Notes: generated by a model not told the origin, from the sequence alone. Positions 31,346-45,234 are shown, counted from the first letter of the stretch. The stretch is 64,000 nt of DNA from Escherichia coli (GCF_030013205.1 NZ_CP122648.1); one strand, 5' to 3'. Made by a program: numbers and translations.

Positions 31346-32707
31346 TCACTTACCGTGGGGGTTACGCGTGGTTTCCCCGGAGAAATTACGCATCAGCAGC
31401 GCGTAATTTAGCTCAAGATCCTGCGGGACCGGGATCCACACAGTATAACCATCGCCCGGTGCGACCGGCATTGCTTCGCCTTTGGCGTTTTCCATATGCT
31501 CAAGGGTAAAGTTAATGTTCCCTTGCGGCGTCATCAGCTCAAGGCTGTCGCCAACGGAGAATTTATTTTTCACCGCTACCGCCGCGAGGTCGCCCTTGCG
31601 CTCACCGGTAAACTCACCAACAAACTGCTGGCGGTCAGAAACTGAATAACCGTATTCGTAGTTCTGATAATCGTCGTGAGTATGACGACGCAGGAAACCT
31701 TCGGTATAGCCACGATGCGCCAGACCTTCCAGAGTTTCCAGCAGGCTGGTATCGAACGGTTTGCCCGCAGCGGCGTCATCGATAGCTTTACGATAAACCT
31801 GTGCGGTGCGTGCGCAATAGTAGAAAGATTTGGTACGGCCTTCGATTTTCAGCGAATGCACGCCCATTTTGGTCAGGCGTTCTACATGGGCGATGGCGCG
31901 CAGATCTTTCGAGTTCATGATGTAAGTGCCGTGCTCATCTTCAAACGCGGTCATATACTCGCCCGGACGCTGGGCTTCTTCGATCATAAACACTTTGTCA
32001 GTTGGTGCGCCGATACCCAGCGTCGGCTCAACATTTTGCACCGGAATCGGCTCGTACTTGTGTACGATGTTGCCAACGTCATCTTCTTTCCCTTCCTGGA
32101 CGTTGTACTCCCAGCGGCAGGCGTTGGTGCAGGTGCCCTGGTTCGGGTCGCGCTTGTTGATATAGCCAGAGAGCAGGCAGCGACCGGAGTAGGCCATGCA
32201 CAGCGCGCCGTGAACGAAGATCTCGATCTCCATATCCGGCACCTGATTACGGATCTCTTCAATCTCTTCCAGCGACAGCTCGCGAGAGAGGATCACGCGG
32301 GTCAGTCCCATTTGCTGCCAGAATTTCACCGTCGCCCAGTTCACGGCGTTAGCCTGCACCGAGAGGTGGATCGGCATTTCAGGGAAGTGCTCGCGCACCA
32401 GCATAATCAGCCCTGGATCGGACATAATCAGCGCATCCGGCCCCATTTCCACCAGCGGTTTCAGGTCACGGATAAAGGTTTTCAGCTTGGCGTTGTGCGG
32501 TGCAATGTTGACCACGACATAAAACTTTTTCCCCAGCGCATGGGCTTCATTAATGCCGAGCTGAAGATTTTCGTGGTTGAATTCGTTGTTGCGCACACGC
32601 AGGGAGTAACGTGGCTGGCCCGCATAAACAGCATCTGCGCCATAAGCGAAAGCGTAACGCATATTTTTCAGCGTTCCCGCCGGGGAAAGGAGTTCCGGTT
32701 TAAACAT
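31346..32707 (-). CDS. yegQ: Peptidase U32-family protein
   Basis: 453 aa. Confidence 0.9.
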   Translation of the reverse strand: MFKPELLSPAGTLKNMRYAFAYGADAVYAGQPRYSLRVRNNEFNHENLQLGINEAHALGKKFYVVVNIAPHNAKLKTFIRDLKPLVEMGPDALIMSDPGLIMLVREHFPEMPIHLSVQANAVNWATVKFWQQMGLTRVILSRELSLEEIEEIRNQVPDMEIEIFVHGALCMAYSGRCLLSGYINKRDPNQGTCTNACRWEYNVQEGKEDDVGNIVHKYEPIPVQNVEPTLGIGAPTDKVFMIEEAQRPGEYMTAFEDEHGTYIMNSKDLRAIAHVERLTKMGVHSLKIEGRTKSFYYCARTAQVYRKAIDDAAAGKPFDTSLLETLEGLAHRGYTEGFLRRHTHDDYQNYEYGYSVSDRQQFVGEFTGERKGDLAAVAVKNKFSVGDSLELMTPQGNINFTLEHMENAKGEAMPVAPGDGYTVWIPVPQDLELNYALLMRNFSGETTRNPHGK

Positions 32708-32853
32708 AATTCTCTCGTTCTGATGACAGGTCAGATCCGCTTCACCTGATGAAGCGGCCAGGGGAGTGCCCCCACTTTAAGGGCGGGCATTGTAGCGCTG
32801 TAGGGGGGGCTGGTAAAGCGCCAGACGCCAACAACACGCGCCCGGCATCGTAA

Positions 32854-33186
32854 TTACGTATTGTCTTTCACCGTCTGGCTTGTGCCATTGGCTTTAACGG
32901 AGGCAATTCCGGTTTCACGAGATTGCGCGGTGGCGTACATCTGGCTGGAGCCGATAATTTGATGATTGGCGGCTTTCAGATTGAAATAGAATTTGCCGTT
33001 GCTTGCCGTTTTTTTCTCATAGCGTTCTTCTTGCGGGCTGTTGCTACGCACCGACGCGATACCCTTTTCCGCAGAGGCTTTTGAGGTATATAGCTCGCTG
33101 GTGAGGATAGTCTCACCATTGCCCGCTTTTAGCACAAACCGGAACTGATTATCACTGCTCTTACTGAGTTCAAACCAACCAGCCAT
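32854..33186 (-). CDS. yegP: UPF0339-family protein with two tandem repeats
   Basis: 110 aa from ATG 33186 (AAGGAG RBS); internal duplicated motif. Confidence 0.8.
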   Translation of the reverse strand: MAGWFELSKSSDNQFRFVLKAGNGETILTSELYTSKASAEKGIASVRSNSPQEERYEKKTASNGKFYFNLKAANHQIIGSSQMYATAQSRETGIASVKANGTSQTVKDNT

Positions 33187-33365
33187 AATGACTCCTTGAT
33201 TGAAATTGCGTATCGAAAACAGCATCTAAAAGGACTGTTTACCGATTAAAGTATGAGCGATTTTCAGGCGGTTGCCAGGGCGAAGAGATAATGTCAGATA
33301 GCCGACAATGCATGGGATAATGTTGCCGGATGCGGCGTGAATGCCTTCTCCGGCAGGTAAAAATG

Positions 33366-34088
33366 TTAAACGATGCGGCAGGCGTCGGCTTCCCAGCGGT
33401 AACCGACGCCGTAAACGGCACGGATAAAGGACTGTTCGGCGTCGAGAGATTCCAGCTTGCGGCGCAGGTTTTTAATGTGGCTATCGATGGTGCGGTCGGT
33501 TACTACGCGGTAGTCGTCATAAAGATGATTGAGCAATTGCTCGCGGGAGAACACTTTTCCTGGTTCATGAGAGAGCGTTTTCAGCAGACGAAATTCCGCA
33601 GGCGTCAGGTCAAGCATTTTTCCGCGCCATGAAGCCTGAAAACGACCTTCGTCGATAATCAACGGGCTTTCAGCATCCTGTTGCTGCAACTCACGCTGCG
33701 GTTTGCAACGGCGCAAAATGGTTTTGACGCGCGCTACCACTTCCCGTGGGCTGTACGGCTTGCAGATATAATCATCTGCGCCAATTTCCAGCCCCAGCAG
33801 GCGGTCGATCTCTTCGATTTTTGCTGTCACCATCACGATCGGAATGTCAGAAAAACGACGAATTTCCCGACACAGCGTCAGGCCATCGGTGCCAGGGAGC
33901 ATCAGATCCAGCAGGATCAGATCCGGTGGTGTCTGGCGCACATACGGCAGTACCTGATCGCCGTGGCTAATCAACGTTGGCGCATAGCTCGCAGCACGCA
34001 GATAATCAATGAGTAACTGCCCCAGCTTCGGTTCATCTTCCACGATCAAAATACGCGGTGTGTTTTCGTCGATTGGTAACTCGGTCAT
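33366..34088 (-). CDS. baeR: Envelope-stress response regulator (OmpR family)
   Basis: 240 aa; receiver plus winged-helix domains. Confidence 0.95.
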
Positions 34089-35488
34089 ACTTCTCTCTGT
34101 AAATCCCGTTCCAGCGGTAACTCTACTGTAATGCTTACCCCGCCAAAAGGCGAATGGGCAGCAATAATGCGGCCATTATGTGCTTCAACAATGTTCAGGC
34201 AAATCGCCAGCCCCAGCCCGGAACCGCCGCTGGCACGGTTGCGGGAGCCTTCGGTGCGATAAAAACGTTCAAACAATTTTTGTAGTTGATCGTCACTGAC
34301 ACCCGGCGCACTGTCGGCAAAGGTCAGGCGCACCGTTTTGTCGTGCTGCCCGGCAGAGATTTTCAGGCTGCCGCCGCTGTCAGTGTAGCGCAGGCTGTTT
34401 TCAAGTAAGTTATTGAATAACTGCATTAAACGGTCGCGATCGCCAAATACAGTAATACTGTCTGGCAGGGAAAATTGCAGTTTCAGGCCACGGCTGGCGA
34501 ATCGTTCGCGAAATGCGCCGCCCGCCACTTCCAGCAGTGGGATCAAATCTACCGGTGCTTTTTGATAGGCGAGAGCGCCTTCATCAGACATCGACAACTG
34601 ATGAAGATCGTCAACCAGTTTGGTCAGTGTACCGACCTCCGCCTGTAAAGACGCCACCGTCTCCGGCGTGAATTTACGCACGCCATCCTGAATGGCTTCC
34701 AGTTCACCGCGCAGCACCGCTAATGGCGTACGCAGTTCGTGAGAAATATCGGCCATAAAATCGCGCCGCATTTGCTGGTTTTTCTCCAGCGTGCTGGCAA
34801 GCTGGTTGAAGTCTTGCGCCAGTTTGCCCAGTTCATCTTCACTGGTGGGCGTTACGCGGGTAGTGAAATCGCCCGCCGCCAGTTTGTGCGTGCCGTCCAC
34901 CAGCCGTTTTACCGGTGCCAGCAAACCACGCGCCAGCAGAAAGGTAGCGAGTGCCGCGAGTAACGTTGCCAGAGCGACAATCAGCCAGCTGGTTTGCCGC
35001 TGTTGTTTATCGAAATTGATATCAGTATTGCGGGTCAGTCGCTCAACAGGGGAGGCAATCACCGCGCCCACTTCCGCACCGTTGACCAGAATGGGGCGCC
35101 GTGTACCGTCAGGTGGAATCGGCGCTCGCGGACCAACCAGCACTTTGTTGTTTTGATCAACCACCCAGAACTGGGTACGCCAGCCGTGCGGTGGCATACC
35201 CGGGCCGGGTTTATCTTCCGAATTATCGTGTTCAAATGAACGCAGGATCTGAAAGACAAAGCGATCATTGTTGCGCAGGAAGCGCCAGTTGCCATGCTGC
35301 GCATACTGCTCGCCAAGCGCATCACTTAACAGTTGTAATCGCTGTTCATTACCATGCTTGATGTAATCAATAAAGCCACGCTCAAAACTGATACGCACCG
35401 CCCAGTGCATACTGATCAGCAAGACAATGCAGGTGGCGAAAATCGCCAGAAACAGTTTGCCGGTAATACCGGGTCGCCAGAACTTCAT
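34085..35488 (-). CDS. baeS: Envelope-stress sensor histidine kinase
   Basis: 467 aa; HAMP, HisKA (H-box SHELRTP), HATPase; 4-bp overlap with baeR. Confidence 0.95.
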
Positions 35489-36900
35489 TGCGCGCTCCTT
35501 TTTCGCCGCGAAATAGCTACATTTTGATGCGTATCGTTCGGCACTCTGGCAAAGATGAACGCCGTAAGGGCAATGATAAACGCCATGCTAAGCCAGGTGT
35601 ACATAAAGACGGTTTGTGTGGTGCCGCTGTCGACGCTGACATGCTGCGAACCAAAAAGTCCCAGCAACAGCCCGGCGATGGTGACGCCGATACTCATCGA
35701 CAATTGCATAATCATCGACAGCAGGCTGTTTCCGCTGCTCGCCAGATTGTCCGGGAGATCTTTCAGCGTCAGGGTGTTCATGGAGGAGAAACGCGTCGAG
35801 TTGACCATCCCTTGTAAAAACAGGACGAACGGCAAAACGTAGTACCAGCCCAGCAGGGCGGTAGTCATAAACAACAGGGTGACCAGCGACAGACCCAGCG
35901 TGGTCGCCACCAGTACCCGACGATAACCAAAGCGATTCACCACCTGTACCACAATTCGCTTCATCCCCATGCTGCCAAGCACCATCGGGATCATCATCAG
36001 TCCGGCATGAAACGGCGAGAAGCCAAGGCCAATTTGCAGGAAAACCGGCGTCATAAAGGGCAACATGCCGCTACCGATACGTCCGGCAAAACTCCCCGCC
36101 AGGCCCAGCGAAAAGGTACGAGTACGGAACAGTTTCAGACTGAACAGGGCGCGGTTGTTATTTCTGGCGTGCAGCAAATAAAGCACCAGTGCTACCACGC
36201 CAACTGCGACCAGGCCAGCAATCGCCAGCGGCGATAAACCTGTACCTTTACTGCCGTCCAGCGCCAGGGTTAATACCGCCATACCAACCGCCAGCAATAA
36301 AAAGCCGGAGAGATCGAAGCGCCGCGTCTGCATGGTGTAGTTCGGCATTAACATCAGCGTGGCGATCGCGCCAATAATCCCCACCGGAATGTTGATTAAA
36401 AAGATCCAATGCCAGGAGGCGTACTCCACCAGCAGGCCGCCGAGCGCCGGACCGAGCAGCGGACCGACCTGACCGGGTAACGTGACAAAGGTCATCGCCG
36501 CCATATATTGCTCGCGCGGTACGATTTTCATCACCGTCAACCTGCCGACCGGCACCATCATCGCACCGCCAACGCCCTGTAACGCGCGTGCCAGCAACAG
36601 TTCGTTCAGCGTGCCGGAAAGCGCGCAAAACAGTGAACCGAGAGTAAACAGCACGATGGCGGTAAAGAAAATATTGCGCACGCCGACTTTGTCCGCCAGC
36701 CAGCCGCTGGCAGGCAACATCACCGCCACGGTCAGCACATAAGAGACAATGACCATGTGCATATGCAACGGACTTTCCCCGAGGCTTTGCGCCATTGAGG
36801 GAAGGGCGGTGTTAACGATGGTGGTGTCCAGCGACTGCATAAAGAAGCCGAAAGCCACAATCCACAATTGCCAGCGGGTGCTGTCGGGAAGATCTGTCAT
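35485..36900 (-). CDS. mdtD: MFS efflux transporter
   Basis: 471 aa, polytopic membrane protein; overlaps baeS start. Confidence 0.95.
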   Translation of the reverse strand: MTDLPDSTRWQLWIVAFGFFMQSLDTTIVNTALPSMAQSLGESPLHMHMVIVSYVLTVAVMLPASGWLADKVGVRNIFFTAIVLFTLGSLFCALSGTLNELLLARALQGVGGAMMVPVGRLTVMKIVPREQYMAAMTFVTLPGQVGPLLGPALGGLLVEYASWHWIFLINIPVGIIGAIATLMLMPNYTMQTRRFDLSGFLLLAVGMAVLTLALDGSKGTGLSPLAIAGLVAVGVVALVLYLLHARNNNRALFSLKLFRTRTFSLGLAGSFAGRIGSGMLPFMTPVFLQIGLGFSPFHAGLMMIPMVLGSMGMKRIVVQVVNRFGYRRVLVATTLGLSLVTLLFMTTALLGWYYVLPFVLFLQGMVNSTRFSSMNTLTLKDLPDNLASSGNSLLSMIMQLSMSIGVTIAGLLLGLFGSQHVSVDSGTTQTVFMYTWLSMAFIIALTAFIFARVPNDTHQNVAISRRKRSAQ

Positions 36901-39900
36901 TTACTCGGTTACCGTTTGTTTAGGTTTACGCGAAAAACGCAGCCGCAGACGGTCGAAAAAGAGATACACCACCGGCGTGGTATACAGCGTCAGAAGCTGG
37001 CTCATTACCAGACCGCCGACAATGGTGATCCCCAGGGGTTGGCGCAGCTCCGAGCCGTCACCGCCCGACAACACCAGCGGCAGCGCACCAAACAGCGCCG
37101 CCAGGGTAGTCATCATAATCGGGCGAAAACGCAGCAGACAGGCCTGGAAAATAGCTTCCTGCGGCGTCAGGTTACCGTGCCGTTGGGCTTCAAGCGCAAA
37201 ATCGACCATCATAATGGCGTTTTTCTTCACGATGCCGATTAATAGCATGATCCCTATCAGGGCGATTAGGCTGAACGGGGCATTGAACAGCTCCAGCGCC
37301 AGCAGCGCTCCAACGCCCGCCGAGGGCAGGGTGGAGAGAATCGTCAGCGGATGTACGTAACTCTCGTAAAGGATACCCAGCACGATATACACCGTGGCGA
37401 TGGCGGCGATAATCAGAATCACCTGCGAGTTCATCGTCTCCTGGAACACCTGCGCCGTGCCGGCAAAACTACCGCGTACCGTCGAAGGCACACCAAGCTG
37501 GGTCATTGCGCGATCGATCGCCGCACTGGCGTCCGAGAGCGATTTCCCGGTCGGCAGGTTAAACGAAATGGTCGAGGCTGCCGATAATCCCTGATGATTC
37601 ACCGACAGCGGAGCATTCGCCGGTTGCCATTTAGCGAAATACGACAGCGGGATCGCTTTTCCTTCGTTATTGATAACGAACATTTTTTCCAGCGCACTGA
37701 TGTCCTGGGTATAGCGCGGATCCACTTCCATCACCACTTTATACTGGTTCATCGGCTGGTAAATGGTCGAGATCTGCCGCTGACCGAAGGCGTTATTTAA
37801 CAGGCTGTTGGCGGCCTGTACATCGATTCCCAGCCGTGCCATGGTGTCGCGGTCGTAAACCAGATTCATCTCCGCGCCGTTATCCTGCTGATCGGAGTTC
37901 ACGTCCGCCAGTTCCGGCAACGTCGCCAGTTTTTTGCGGATTTTCGGCTCCCATTCGCGCAGTGCCGCCAGGTCGTCGGATAACAACGTGTACTGGTAGC
38001 TGGCGTTCGACTGACGCCCACCAACGCGAATATCCTGTACCGCCATCAGGAACAGATTCGCCCCCGGTTCTTTCGCCAGTTTTACGCGCAGACGGTCGAT
38101 AATTTGCTGCGCCGTTTCGCTGCGTTCGTCGCGTGGCTTGAGGGTGATAAACATCATCCCACTGTTCACCCGCGAACCGCCGGTAAAGCCGGTGACATTA
38201 TCCACCGCCGGATCGTCACGGATAATTTTCATAAAATCCTGCAACTTACCGCGCATCGCCTGAAACGAAATACTCTGATCCGCCTGTATCCCGCCCATCA
38301 ACACGCCGGTGTCCTGCTCCGGGAAGAAGGTTTTCGGGATCGAGATATACAGCCAGATATTCAGCGCAATGGTGCCAAGCAGCACCACGCCCACCAGACG
38401 GGTATGATTGAGCACCCATTTCAGCGACTTGCCATAGCCTTGTTGCAGGGCTACCAACATTCGACCAAAACCACGCAGTCGCTTTTGCTCGCGCGGCTTG
38501 CTGGCTTTCAGCATCCAGCCACACATCATTGGCGTTAGCGTCAGGGAAACCAGCAACGAAATACCAATGGCGACAGAAAGCGTCACGGCAAACTCGCGTA
38601 ACAGTCGGCCCGGCAATCCGCCCATCAACAGCAGCGGCAGGAACACCGCCACCAGTGACAGACTCATCGACAGCACCGTAAAACCGACTTCGCGAGTACC
38701 TTGCAGTGCGGCCTGTAGTGGTTTCATCCCCGCTTCCAGGTGACGGGCAATGTTTTCCAGCACCACGATGGCGTCATCCACCACGAAACCAGTAGCGATG
38801 GTGAGTGCCATTAACGACAGGTTATTGAGACTGAATCCGCACAGGTACATCGCCGCAAACGTACCAATCAGCGAAACCGGCACCGCAACGGCGGGAATAA
38901 TAGTGGCGCGACCCGAGCGCAGGAATAAAAACACCACCAGAATCACCAGCGCCACCGAGATAATCAGCGTTTGCTCGACTTCTTCCAGCGAGGCGCGAAT
39001 GGTGGGGGAGCGATCCTGGGCAATTTGCAGATCAATCGCCGCCGGAATGGTCTCCTGCAACTCCGGTAATTTTGCCCGGATGCTGTCAACCGTCTGGATA
39101 ATATTGGCTTCCGGCAGCTTGCGGATCATCAGCAAAATAGCCGGTTTGGCATTGGTCATCCCGGCGTTGCGCACATCCTGCACTGAGTCGGTCACCGTCG
39201 CTACATCGCCCAGACGAACCGCGCCGCCGTTGTTGTAATGAATAATCAGCGGCTGATATTCAGCGGCGGTTTTCAGTTCATCGTTAGTCTGGATCTGCCA
39301 GCGGTGAGTGCCATCTTCCAGCGCCCCTTGCGGTTTACGCACGTTGGCATTGCTGATGGCAGTGCGTACGTCGTCCAGTGACACGCCCTGATTAAACAGC
39401 GCCTGCGGGTTCAGCCCGACGCGCACCGCAGGTAGCGAGCTGCCGCCAACATCGACATCACCGACACCGTCGATTTGCGAAATCGTCGGAGCCAGCTGCG
39501 TCGAGGCAAAATCGTACAGTTCACCTTGCGAATAAGTATCGGATGTTAGCGTCAGGATCATAATTGGCGCATCCGACGGGTTTGCTTTGCGATAGGTCGG
39601 ACGGCTGGGCATCCCGCTGGGCAGCAAACTTTGTGCGGCGTTGATGGCCGCCTGCACATCACGCGCCGCGCCGTTGATATCCCGGTTAAAATCAAACTGC
39701 AAAATAATGCGCGTGCTGCCGAGCGAACTGCTGGAGGTCATTTCACTGACTCCGGCAATGCGCCCAAGTGAGCGCTCCAGCGGCGTGGCAACGGAAGACG
39801 CCATTGTTTCTGGTGACGCACCGGGCAGCGAGGCACTGACCATAATCACCGGAAAATCGACCTGCGGCAGCGGGGCGACCGGCAGCATACGGAAACCCAG

Positions 39901-39978
39901 TATGCCGCACAGGGTAATGGCGACCGACAGTAAAATCGTCGCCACCGGGCGGTAAATGAAGAGGGCAAAAAACTTCAC
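36901..39978 (-). CDS. mdtC: RND multidrug efflux pump subunit
   Basis: 1025 aa RND transporter. Confidence 0.95.
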   Translation of the reverse strand: MKFFALFIYRPVATILLSVAITLCGILGFRMLPVAPLPQVDFPVIMVSASLPGASPETMASSVATPLERSLGRIAGVSEMTSSSSLGSTRIILQFDFNRDINGAARDVQAAINAAQSLLPSGMPSRPTYRKANPSDAPIMILTLTSDTYSQGELYDFASTQLAPTISQIDGVGDVDVGGSSLPAVRVGLNPQALFNQGVSLDDVRTAISNANVRKPQGALEDGTHRWQIQTNDELKTAAEYQPLIIHYNNGGAVRLGDVATVTDSVQDVRNAGMTNAKPAILLMIRKLPEANIIQTVDSIRAKLPELQETIPAAIDLQIAQDRSPTIRASLEEVEQTLIISVALVILVVFLFLRSGRATIIPAVAVPVSLIGTFAAMYLCGFSLNNLSLMALTIATGFVVDDAIVVLENIARHLEAGMKPLQAALQGTREVGFTVLSMSLSLVAVFLPLLLMGGLPGRLLREFAVTLSVAIGISLLVSLTLTPMMCGWMLKASKPREQKRLRGFGRMLVALQQGYGKSLKWVLNHTRLVGVVLLGTIALNIWLYISIPKTFFPEQDTGVLMGGIQADQSISFQAMRGKLQDFMKIIRDDPAVDNVTGFTGGSRVNSGMMFITLKPRDERSETAQQIIDRLRVKLAKEPGANLFLMAVQDIRVGGRQSNASYQYTLLSDDLAALREWEPKIRKKLATLPELADVNSDQQDNGAEMNLVYDRDTMARLGIDVQAANSLLNNAFGQRQISTIYQPMNQYKVVMEVDPRYTQDISALEKMFVINNEGKAIPLSYFAKWQPANAPLSVNHQGLSAASTISFNLPTGKSLSDASAAIDRAMTQLGVPSTVRGSFAGTAQVFQETMNSQVILIIAAIATVYIVLGILYESYVHPLTILSTLPSAGVGALLALELFNAPFSLIALIGIMLLIGIVKKNAIMMVDFALEAQRHGNLTPQEAIFQACLLRFRPIMMTTLAALFGALPLVLSGGDGSELRQPLGITIVGGLVMSQLLTLYTTPVVYLFFDRLRLRFSRKPKQTVTE

Positions 39979-42900
39979 TTACGCCTCCTCTTCATGGCGA
40001 GCAAAGCGACTTTTGGTCCACAATGCCAGGCGGTCGAATAGCAGATAAATCACCGGCGTGGTGAACAGCGTCAGCACCTGGCTGACAATCAGACCGCCGA
40101 CCATGCCGATACCTAACGGACGACGCAGTTCCGCGCCGACCCCGGTACTCAACATCAGCGGCAGCGCGCCAAGCAGAGCCGCCAGGGTGGTCATCAGGAT
40201 CGGACGAAAACGCAACAGACAAGCCTGGTAGATTGCATCGCGTGGCGACATGCCTTGCTCGCGCTCAGCAGCCAGCGCGAAGTCGATCATCATGATGGCG
40301 TTCTTCTTCACGATACCGATCAGCAAAATAATGCCGATAATTGCAATCACATCCAGTTCGCTACCGGCAATCATTAACGCCAGCAGTGCGCCAACACCTG
40401 CCGTGGGTAGCGTCGAGAGAATGGTGATCGGGTGAATAAAGCTCTCGTACAGAATGCCGAGCACGATATACATCGCCACCACCGCCGCGACAATCAGCCA
40501 GACAGTGCTGCCCAGCGCCGACTGGAAAGCGAGGGTGCTGCCCTGGAACTGCGTGGTGATATCCACCGGCAGATTCAGCGTCTTTTCGGTGTCCATAATC
40601 GCCTGCACCGCATCGCCCAGCGAATAGTTATCCGGCACGTTAAAGGAGATGGTCGTTACCGGGAACTGATCCAGATGGTTGATGGAAAGCGGCGCAAAAC
40701 GCTGCTCAATTTTGGCAATTGAGCTTAACGGCACCACTCCACCGTCGCTGCTGGTCAGGCGAATGGTATCCAGCGCCGCGAGGCCTGGGGTATTTTCGGT
40801 GTTGTGTTCCAGCACCACGCGATACTGGTTAGCCTGAGTATAAATAGTGGAAATCAGCCGCTGACCAAACGCGTTGTACAGGGCGTTATCGACATCCGCC
40901 ATGCTGATCCCCAGACGGCTGGCGCTGTCGCGATCAACATTGACATACGCCACCAGCCCTTTGTCCTGCCAGTCGCTGGAGACATCAGAAAGCTGTGGCA
41001 GTTGCTGGAGTTTTTCCATCAACTGTGGCACCCAGGTACTGAGCGCATCCAGTGACGTGGCCTGCAAGGTAAACTGGTACTGGGTGCGGCTGACCTGAGT
41101 ATCGATGGTCAGGTCCTGCGTTGGTTGCAAGAAGAGATCGACGCCCGGCACTTTATCCACCGCCGTTTGCAGACGGGCGATGACTTTTTGCACCCGATCA
41201 TCACGTTCATCCAACGGTTTGAGGTTGATCTGCAAACGCGCACTGTTCAGCGACGGGTTAGTGCCATCAACGCCAACAAACGAGGTCAGGCTTTGCACTG
41301 CCGGATCCTGCAAAATCACATCCGCGACCTGGCGTTGCCGCTGGGCCATATTGGCAAAGGAGCTGGATTGCGGTGCCTGCAAAGTGCCCTGAATAATGCC
41401 GTTGTCCTGTACCGGGAAGAAACCTTTCGGAATGAATACCCACAAGAGAACACTAAGCAGCAGCGTGCTGAGTGCCACGCTTAAGGTCAGCCACGGATGA
41501 TTCAGCACTTTCGCCAGTCCACGACCATAGGCGGCGATTATCCTGTCGAACATTTTCTCCGAGGCTCGGGAGAAGCGATTCTGTTTACGCAGCGACTCCT
41601 GGCTGAGCATCCGCGCGCACATCATCGGCGTCAGAGTCAGCGACACCACGGCTGAGATCAAAATCGCGACTGCCAGAGTAATAGCAAATTCGCGGAACAG
41701 TCGCCCGACGATATCGCCCATAAATAGCAGTGGGATCAACACTGCAATCAGTGAGAAGGTCAGCGAGATAATGGTAAAGCCGATTTCACCCGCGCCTTTG
41801 AGCGCCGCCGCCAACGGTTTTTCGCCTTTTTCGATATAGCGGGAAATGTTTTCGATCACCACGATGGCGTCATCGACCACAAATCCGGTGGCGATAGTTA
41901 ACGCCATCAGCGTCAGGTTATTGATTGAAAAATCGAGAAACACCATGACCGCGAAGGTGCCGATTAACGACAGCGGCACTGCGACGCCGGGAATGATGGT
42001 CGCCGGAATATTACGCAAAAACAGGTAGATAATCATGACTACCAGCGCGATAGCCATCATCAATTCAAACTGAGTATCATCGACGGATGCGCGAATATTG
42101 GTGGTACGGTCAGAAAGTACCGTCACTTTTACCGATTTCGGCAAACTCTCGGTGAGTTGTGGCAGCATCTGCCGGATGCTGTCGGCGGTGGAGATAATGT
42201 TAGCACCGGGCTGGCGCTGAACATTCATCACAATGGCCTGTTCTTTGTTCGCCCACGCGCCGAGCCAGCTGTTTTCTGCTCCTTGCTCTACGGTTGCGAC
42301 ATCGCCCAGACGAATCGGCGCGCCGTTCTGGTAGGCGATGATCAGCTGGCGATACTCTTCGGCGGATTGCATCTGGTCGTTCGCGGAAAGTGTGACCGCA
42401 CGGGAAGGGCCGTCGAGGCTACCTTTTGCCGAGTTAACGTTAGCGCCGGTAATAGCGGTGCGCACGGTTTCGCTGGTCAGGCCGAGGGCGGCAATCGCCT
42501 GGGCGTTAAGTTTGACACGAACAGCCGGACGCTGGCCGCCGGAAAGCGTCACCAGGCCGACACCGGAAATCTGCGAGATTTTCTGCGCGACGCGGGTTTC
42601 CACCATATCTTCCACTTGCGTCATTGGCATGGCGGTTGAGGTGACGGCGAGCGTCATGATTGGTGGATCTGCCGGGTTCACTTTGCTGTAAACCGGCGGG
42701 TTAGGCAGATCGCTCGGCAACAAGTTGGTCGCAGCGTTAATCGCGGCCTGCACTTCCTGCTCGGCGACATCGAGCGGTAATGTTAGCTGGAACTGTAAGG
42801 TGATAACTGACGCACCGCCGGAACTTTGCGACGACATCTGTTTCAGGCCAGACATCTGCCCAAACTGGCGTTCAAGCGGCGCGGTAACGGCAGAGGTCAT

Positions 42901-43101
42901 GACATCCGGGCTCGCACCTGGGTAGAGCGTGACTACCTGAATGGTTGGATAGTCCACTTCCGGCAGCGCCGAAACGGGCAGGGCGCGATAACCGATAATC
43001 CCGGCGAGTAAGATCGCCACCATCAGCAGCGTGGTGGCGACAGGACGCATAATAAACAGGCGCGACGGGCCGCCTGTGCTGCTCGAGGGTAACACCTGCA
43101 T
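39979..43101 (-). CDS. mdtB: RND multidrug efflux pump subunit
   Basis: 1040 aa RND transporter. Confidence 0.95.
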   Translation of the reverse strand: MQVLPSSSTGGPSRLFIMRPVATTLLMVAILLAGIIGYRALPVSALPEVDYPTIQVVTLYPGASPDVMTSAVTAPLERQFGQMSGLKQMSSQSSGGASVITLQFQLTLPLDVAEQEVQAAINAATNLLPSDLPNPPVYSKVNPADPPIMTLAVTSTAMPMTQVEDMVETRVAQKISQISGVGLVTLSGGQRPAVRVKLNAQAIAALGLTSETVRTAITGANVNSAKGSLDGPSRAVTLSANDQMQSAEEYRQLIIAYQNGAPIRLGDVATVEQGAENSWLGAWANKEQAIVMNVQRQPGANIISTADSIRQMLPQLTESLPKSVKVTVLSDRTTNIRASVDDTQFELMMAIALVVMIIYLFLRNIPATIIPGVAVPLSLIGTFAVMVFLDFSINNLTLMALTIATGFVVDDAIVVIENISRYIEKGEKPLAAALKGAGEIGFTIISLTFSLIAVLIPLLFMGDIVGRLFREFAITLAVAILISAVVSLTLTPMMCARMLSQESLRKQNRFSRASEKMFDRIIAAYGRGLAKVLNHPWLTLSVALSTLLLSVLLWVFIPKGFFPVQDNGIIQGTLQAPQSSSFANMAQRQRQVADVILQDPAVQSLTSFVGVDGTNPSLNSARLQINLKPLDERDDRVQKVIARLQTAVDKVPGVDLFLQPTQDLTIDTQVSRTQYQFTLQATSLDALSTWVPQLMEKLQQLPQLSDVSSDWQDKGLVAYVNVDRDSASRLGISMADVDNALYNAFGQRLISTIYTQANQYRVVLEHNTENTPGLAALDTIRLTSSDGGVVPLSSIAKIEQRFAPLSINHLDQFPVTTISFNVPDNYSLGDAVQAIMDTEKTLNLPVDITTQFQGSTLAFQSALGSTVWLIVAAVVAMYIVLGILYESFIHPITILSTLPTAGVGALLALMIAGSELDVIAIIGIILLIGIVKKNAIMMIDFALAAEREQGMSPRDAIYQACLLRFRPILMTTLAALLGALPLMLSTGVGAELRRPLGIGMVGGLIVSQVLTLFTTPVIYLLFDRLALWTKSRFARHEEEA

Positions 43102-44348
43102 CAGGAGCGTGCTCCTTTTTTCGCGTATTCGCGGCTGGTGGCTTTCTCTTCCGAAGTGGTGGCGCTTTGAGCTTCAACCACTTCCACTTTCGCCCCTTCG
43201 GTCAGGCGATCAATTCCGTCCGTCACTACGCGGTCGCCCGCAGAAATACCTGCGCGGATCACCACTTTCTGACTGTCCTGAATGCCTGGCGTCACCAGAT
43301 GTTTGCTGACCTTGTTTTCGCTATTCAGCACCCAGACAAAATGGCCTTCATTGCCCATTTGCAGGGCGGCTGTTGGGATCACTACGGCGTTTTGTTCGGT
43401 GTCGACTAACATGCGCGCGTTAACAAACTGATTGGGAAACAGCGCATCATCCTGATTATTAAAGCGTGCTTTCACTTTAATCGTACCGGTTGTGGCATCG
43501 ATTTGGTTATCGAGGCTTAACAGCGTGCCTTCACTTAATTTCTTCGAGTTGGTGCGATCCCAGGCTTCTACCACCAGCGGTTTTCCGGCTTTTTGCGCCT
43601 GCACTACGGTAGCGATATCGCTTTCCGGCAGGGTAAAGAGCAAATCGATAGGATGCGTCTGGGTGATCACCACGATCCCGGTGGTATCACCACTGGAGAT
43701 TTGGTTACCAACATCAACCTGCTTGAGACCAACGCGACCATCGACTGGTGCGGTAATACGGCTCCAGTCGAGTTGCAGCTGTGCGCTGGCGACGCTTGCT
43801 TCATCTGCCTTAATGGTGCCTTCGGTTTCACTGACCAGCGCTTGTTGGGCATCCAGTTCCTGACGAGATACGAGATTGGTTTTTGCCAGTTGCTGATAAC
43901 GCGCCAGGTCACGGCGGGCGTTGGCAAGCGTGGCTTTATCTTTTGCCAGTTGGCCCTGGGCTTGTGCTAATGCAACTTTGAACTGGCTGGGGTCAATTTC
44001 TGCCAGTAAATCGCCTGCTTTGACCTGCTGGCCTTCCTGGAAATGTAACGCCATCAGTTGACCGTCCACGCGGCTGCGCACCGTAACGGTATTAGCGGCG
44101 GTAATGGTGCCAAGCCCGGTGAGATAACGTGGCACAGCTTGTTCTACGGCAGTCGCCGCCTGAACCGGGGCTAATGGGCCGGAACGCATACCACGGCGAC
44201 CACCCGCTGGCGATTGCTGCGCTTGTTTCGTCGCCCCTGGGGCTGCACTCCGGGAGTCATTGCGGCCTTGCCAGAACCAGAATGCGGCGATGGCGGCGAT
44301 AACCACCACGATTACGATTACCCAACGGGATTTATAACTGCCTTTCAT
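43101..44348 (-). CDS. mdtA: RND efflux membrane fusion (periplasmic adaptor) protein
   Basis: 415 aa from ATG 44348 ([16 protein letters not shown]…); ORF-track 464 aa is an upstream extension. Confidence 0.9.
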   Translation of the reverse strand: MKGSYKSRWVIVIVVVIAAIAAFWFWQGRNDSRSAAPGATKQAQQSPAGGRRGMRSGPLAPVQAATAVEQAVPRYLTGLGTITAANTVTVRSRVDGQLMALHFQEGQQVKAGDLLAEIDPSQFKVALAQAQGQLAKDKATLANARRDLARYQQLAKTNLVSRQELDAQQALVSETEGTIKADEASVASAQLQLDWSRITAPVDGRVGLKQVDVGNQISSGDTTGIVVITQTHPIDLLFTLPESDIATVVQAQKAGKPLVVEAWDRTNSKKLSEGTLLSLDNQIDATTGTIKVKARFNNQDDALFPNQFVNARMLVDTEQNAVVIPTAALQMGNEGHFVWVLNSENKVSKHLVTPGIQDSQKVVIRAGISAGDRVVTDGIDRLTEGAKVEVVEAQSATTSEEKATSREYAKKGARS

Positions 44349-44401
44349 CGTTAAGAGTTTCTCTTCCTGAAACGTTTCGCGGAATGATACTAGTGTAGCC
44401 A

Positions 44402-44419
44402 GCCAATAAGGGAGAAAAA
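44402..44419 (-). promoter_or_regulatory. BaeR-binding box in mdtA promoter
   Basis: Minus strand reads TTTTTCTCCCTTATTGGC, close to published BaeR consensus TTTTTCTCCATDATTGGC. Confidence 0.6.
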
Positions 44420-44577
44420 TGGAGGAATTATGAAACACTATCGGGAATCGTCTGAATGGCGGGCACATTTGCGAGCACGCATCCAGTAATAACACATGAA
44501 ACTATTTTATCTACGCGTTAGCGATAGACTACGTGCATGGCGAAAGGAGGTAAGCCGATGATTTCAGCGGGACGCTG

Positions 44578-44717
44578 AAACGGGAAAGCCCCTCCCGAGG
44601 AAGGGGCCATAAATAAGGAAAGGGTCATGATGAAGCTACTCATCATCGTGGTGCTCTTAGTCATTAGCTGGCCAGCTTACTAAGACTACCAGGGCGGGGG
44701 AAACCCCGCTCTACCCT
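44578..44717 (-). ncRNA. sibB: Sib antisense sRNA (antitoxin) over ibs unit 1; boundaries approximate
   Basis: Minus-strand TTGACA-17-TACTTT promoter downstream of ibs stop; hairpin plus U-rich tract upstream of ibs start. Confidence 0.5.
44627..44683 (+). CDS. ibsB: Type I toxin Ibs (18 aa, MMKLLIIVVLLVISWPAY)
   Basis: Exact small hydrophobic ORF with tandem ATG. Confidence 0.8.
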   Translation: MMKLLIIVVLLVISWPAY

Positions 44718-44905
44718 CACTCCTGAAAGTATGCCTTCACGATAAGATTGTCAATCTGCAGGCTTTGCAGTCTGCGATCCTGCCAGCAAATATTCTTTGC
44801 GAGACGTTACGCAATAATCACACTGGAAACTATTTTATCCGCAAGTCAGCGATAGACTGCATTCAGGGCGAAAGGAGGTAAGCCGACGATTTCAGCGGGA
44901 CGCTG

Positions 44906-45045
44906 AAACGGGAAAGCCCCTCCCGAGGAAGGGGCCTTAAATAAGGAAAGGGTCATGATGAAGATACTCATCATCGTGGTGCTCTTAGTGATTAGCTACC
45001 CAGCATACTAAGACTACCAGGGCGGGGGAAACCCCGCTCTACCCT
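44906..45045 (-). ncRNA. Sib antisense sRNA over ibs unit 2; boundaries approximate
   Basis: Minus-strand TTGACA-17-TAATTT promoter; same architecture as unit 1. Confidence 0.5.
44955..45011 (+). CDS. Type I toxin Ibs variant (18 aa, MMKILIIVVLLVISYPAY)
   Basis: Middle repeat unit; differs from flanking Ibs peptides at L4I and W15Y. Confidence 0.75.
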   Translation: MMKILIIVVLLVISYPAY

Positions 45046-45234
45046 CACTCCTGAAATTATGCCTTCACGATAAGATTGTCAATCTGCAGGCTTTGCAGTC
45101 TGCGATCCCGCCAGCAAATATTCTTTGCGAGTCGTTACGCAATAATCACAGAGGAAACTATTTTGTTCACGCGTTAGCGATAGACTGCATTCAGGGCGAA
45201 AGGAGGTAAGCCGACGATTTCAGCGGGACGCTGA

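Noticed and set aside
36749-39238. Multiple plus-strand ORFs of 60-200 aa inside mdtC (and similar sets inside mdtB, mdtD, baeS, dgcE, yegQ)
   Set aside because: They lie antisense within long, well-supported coding genes and have Arg/Ser-rich low-complexity translations typical of GC-rich antisense frames.
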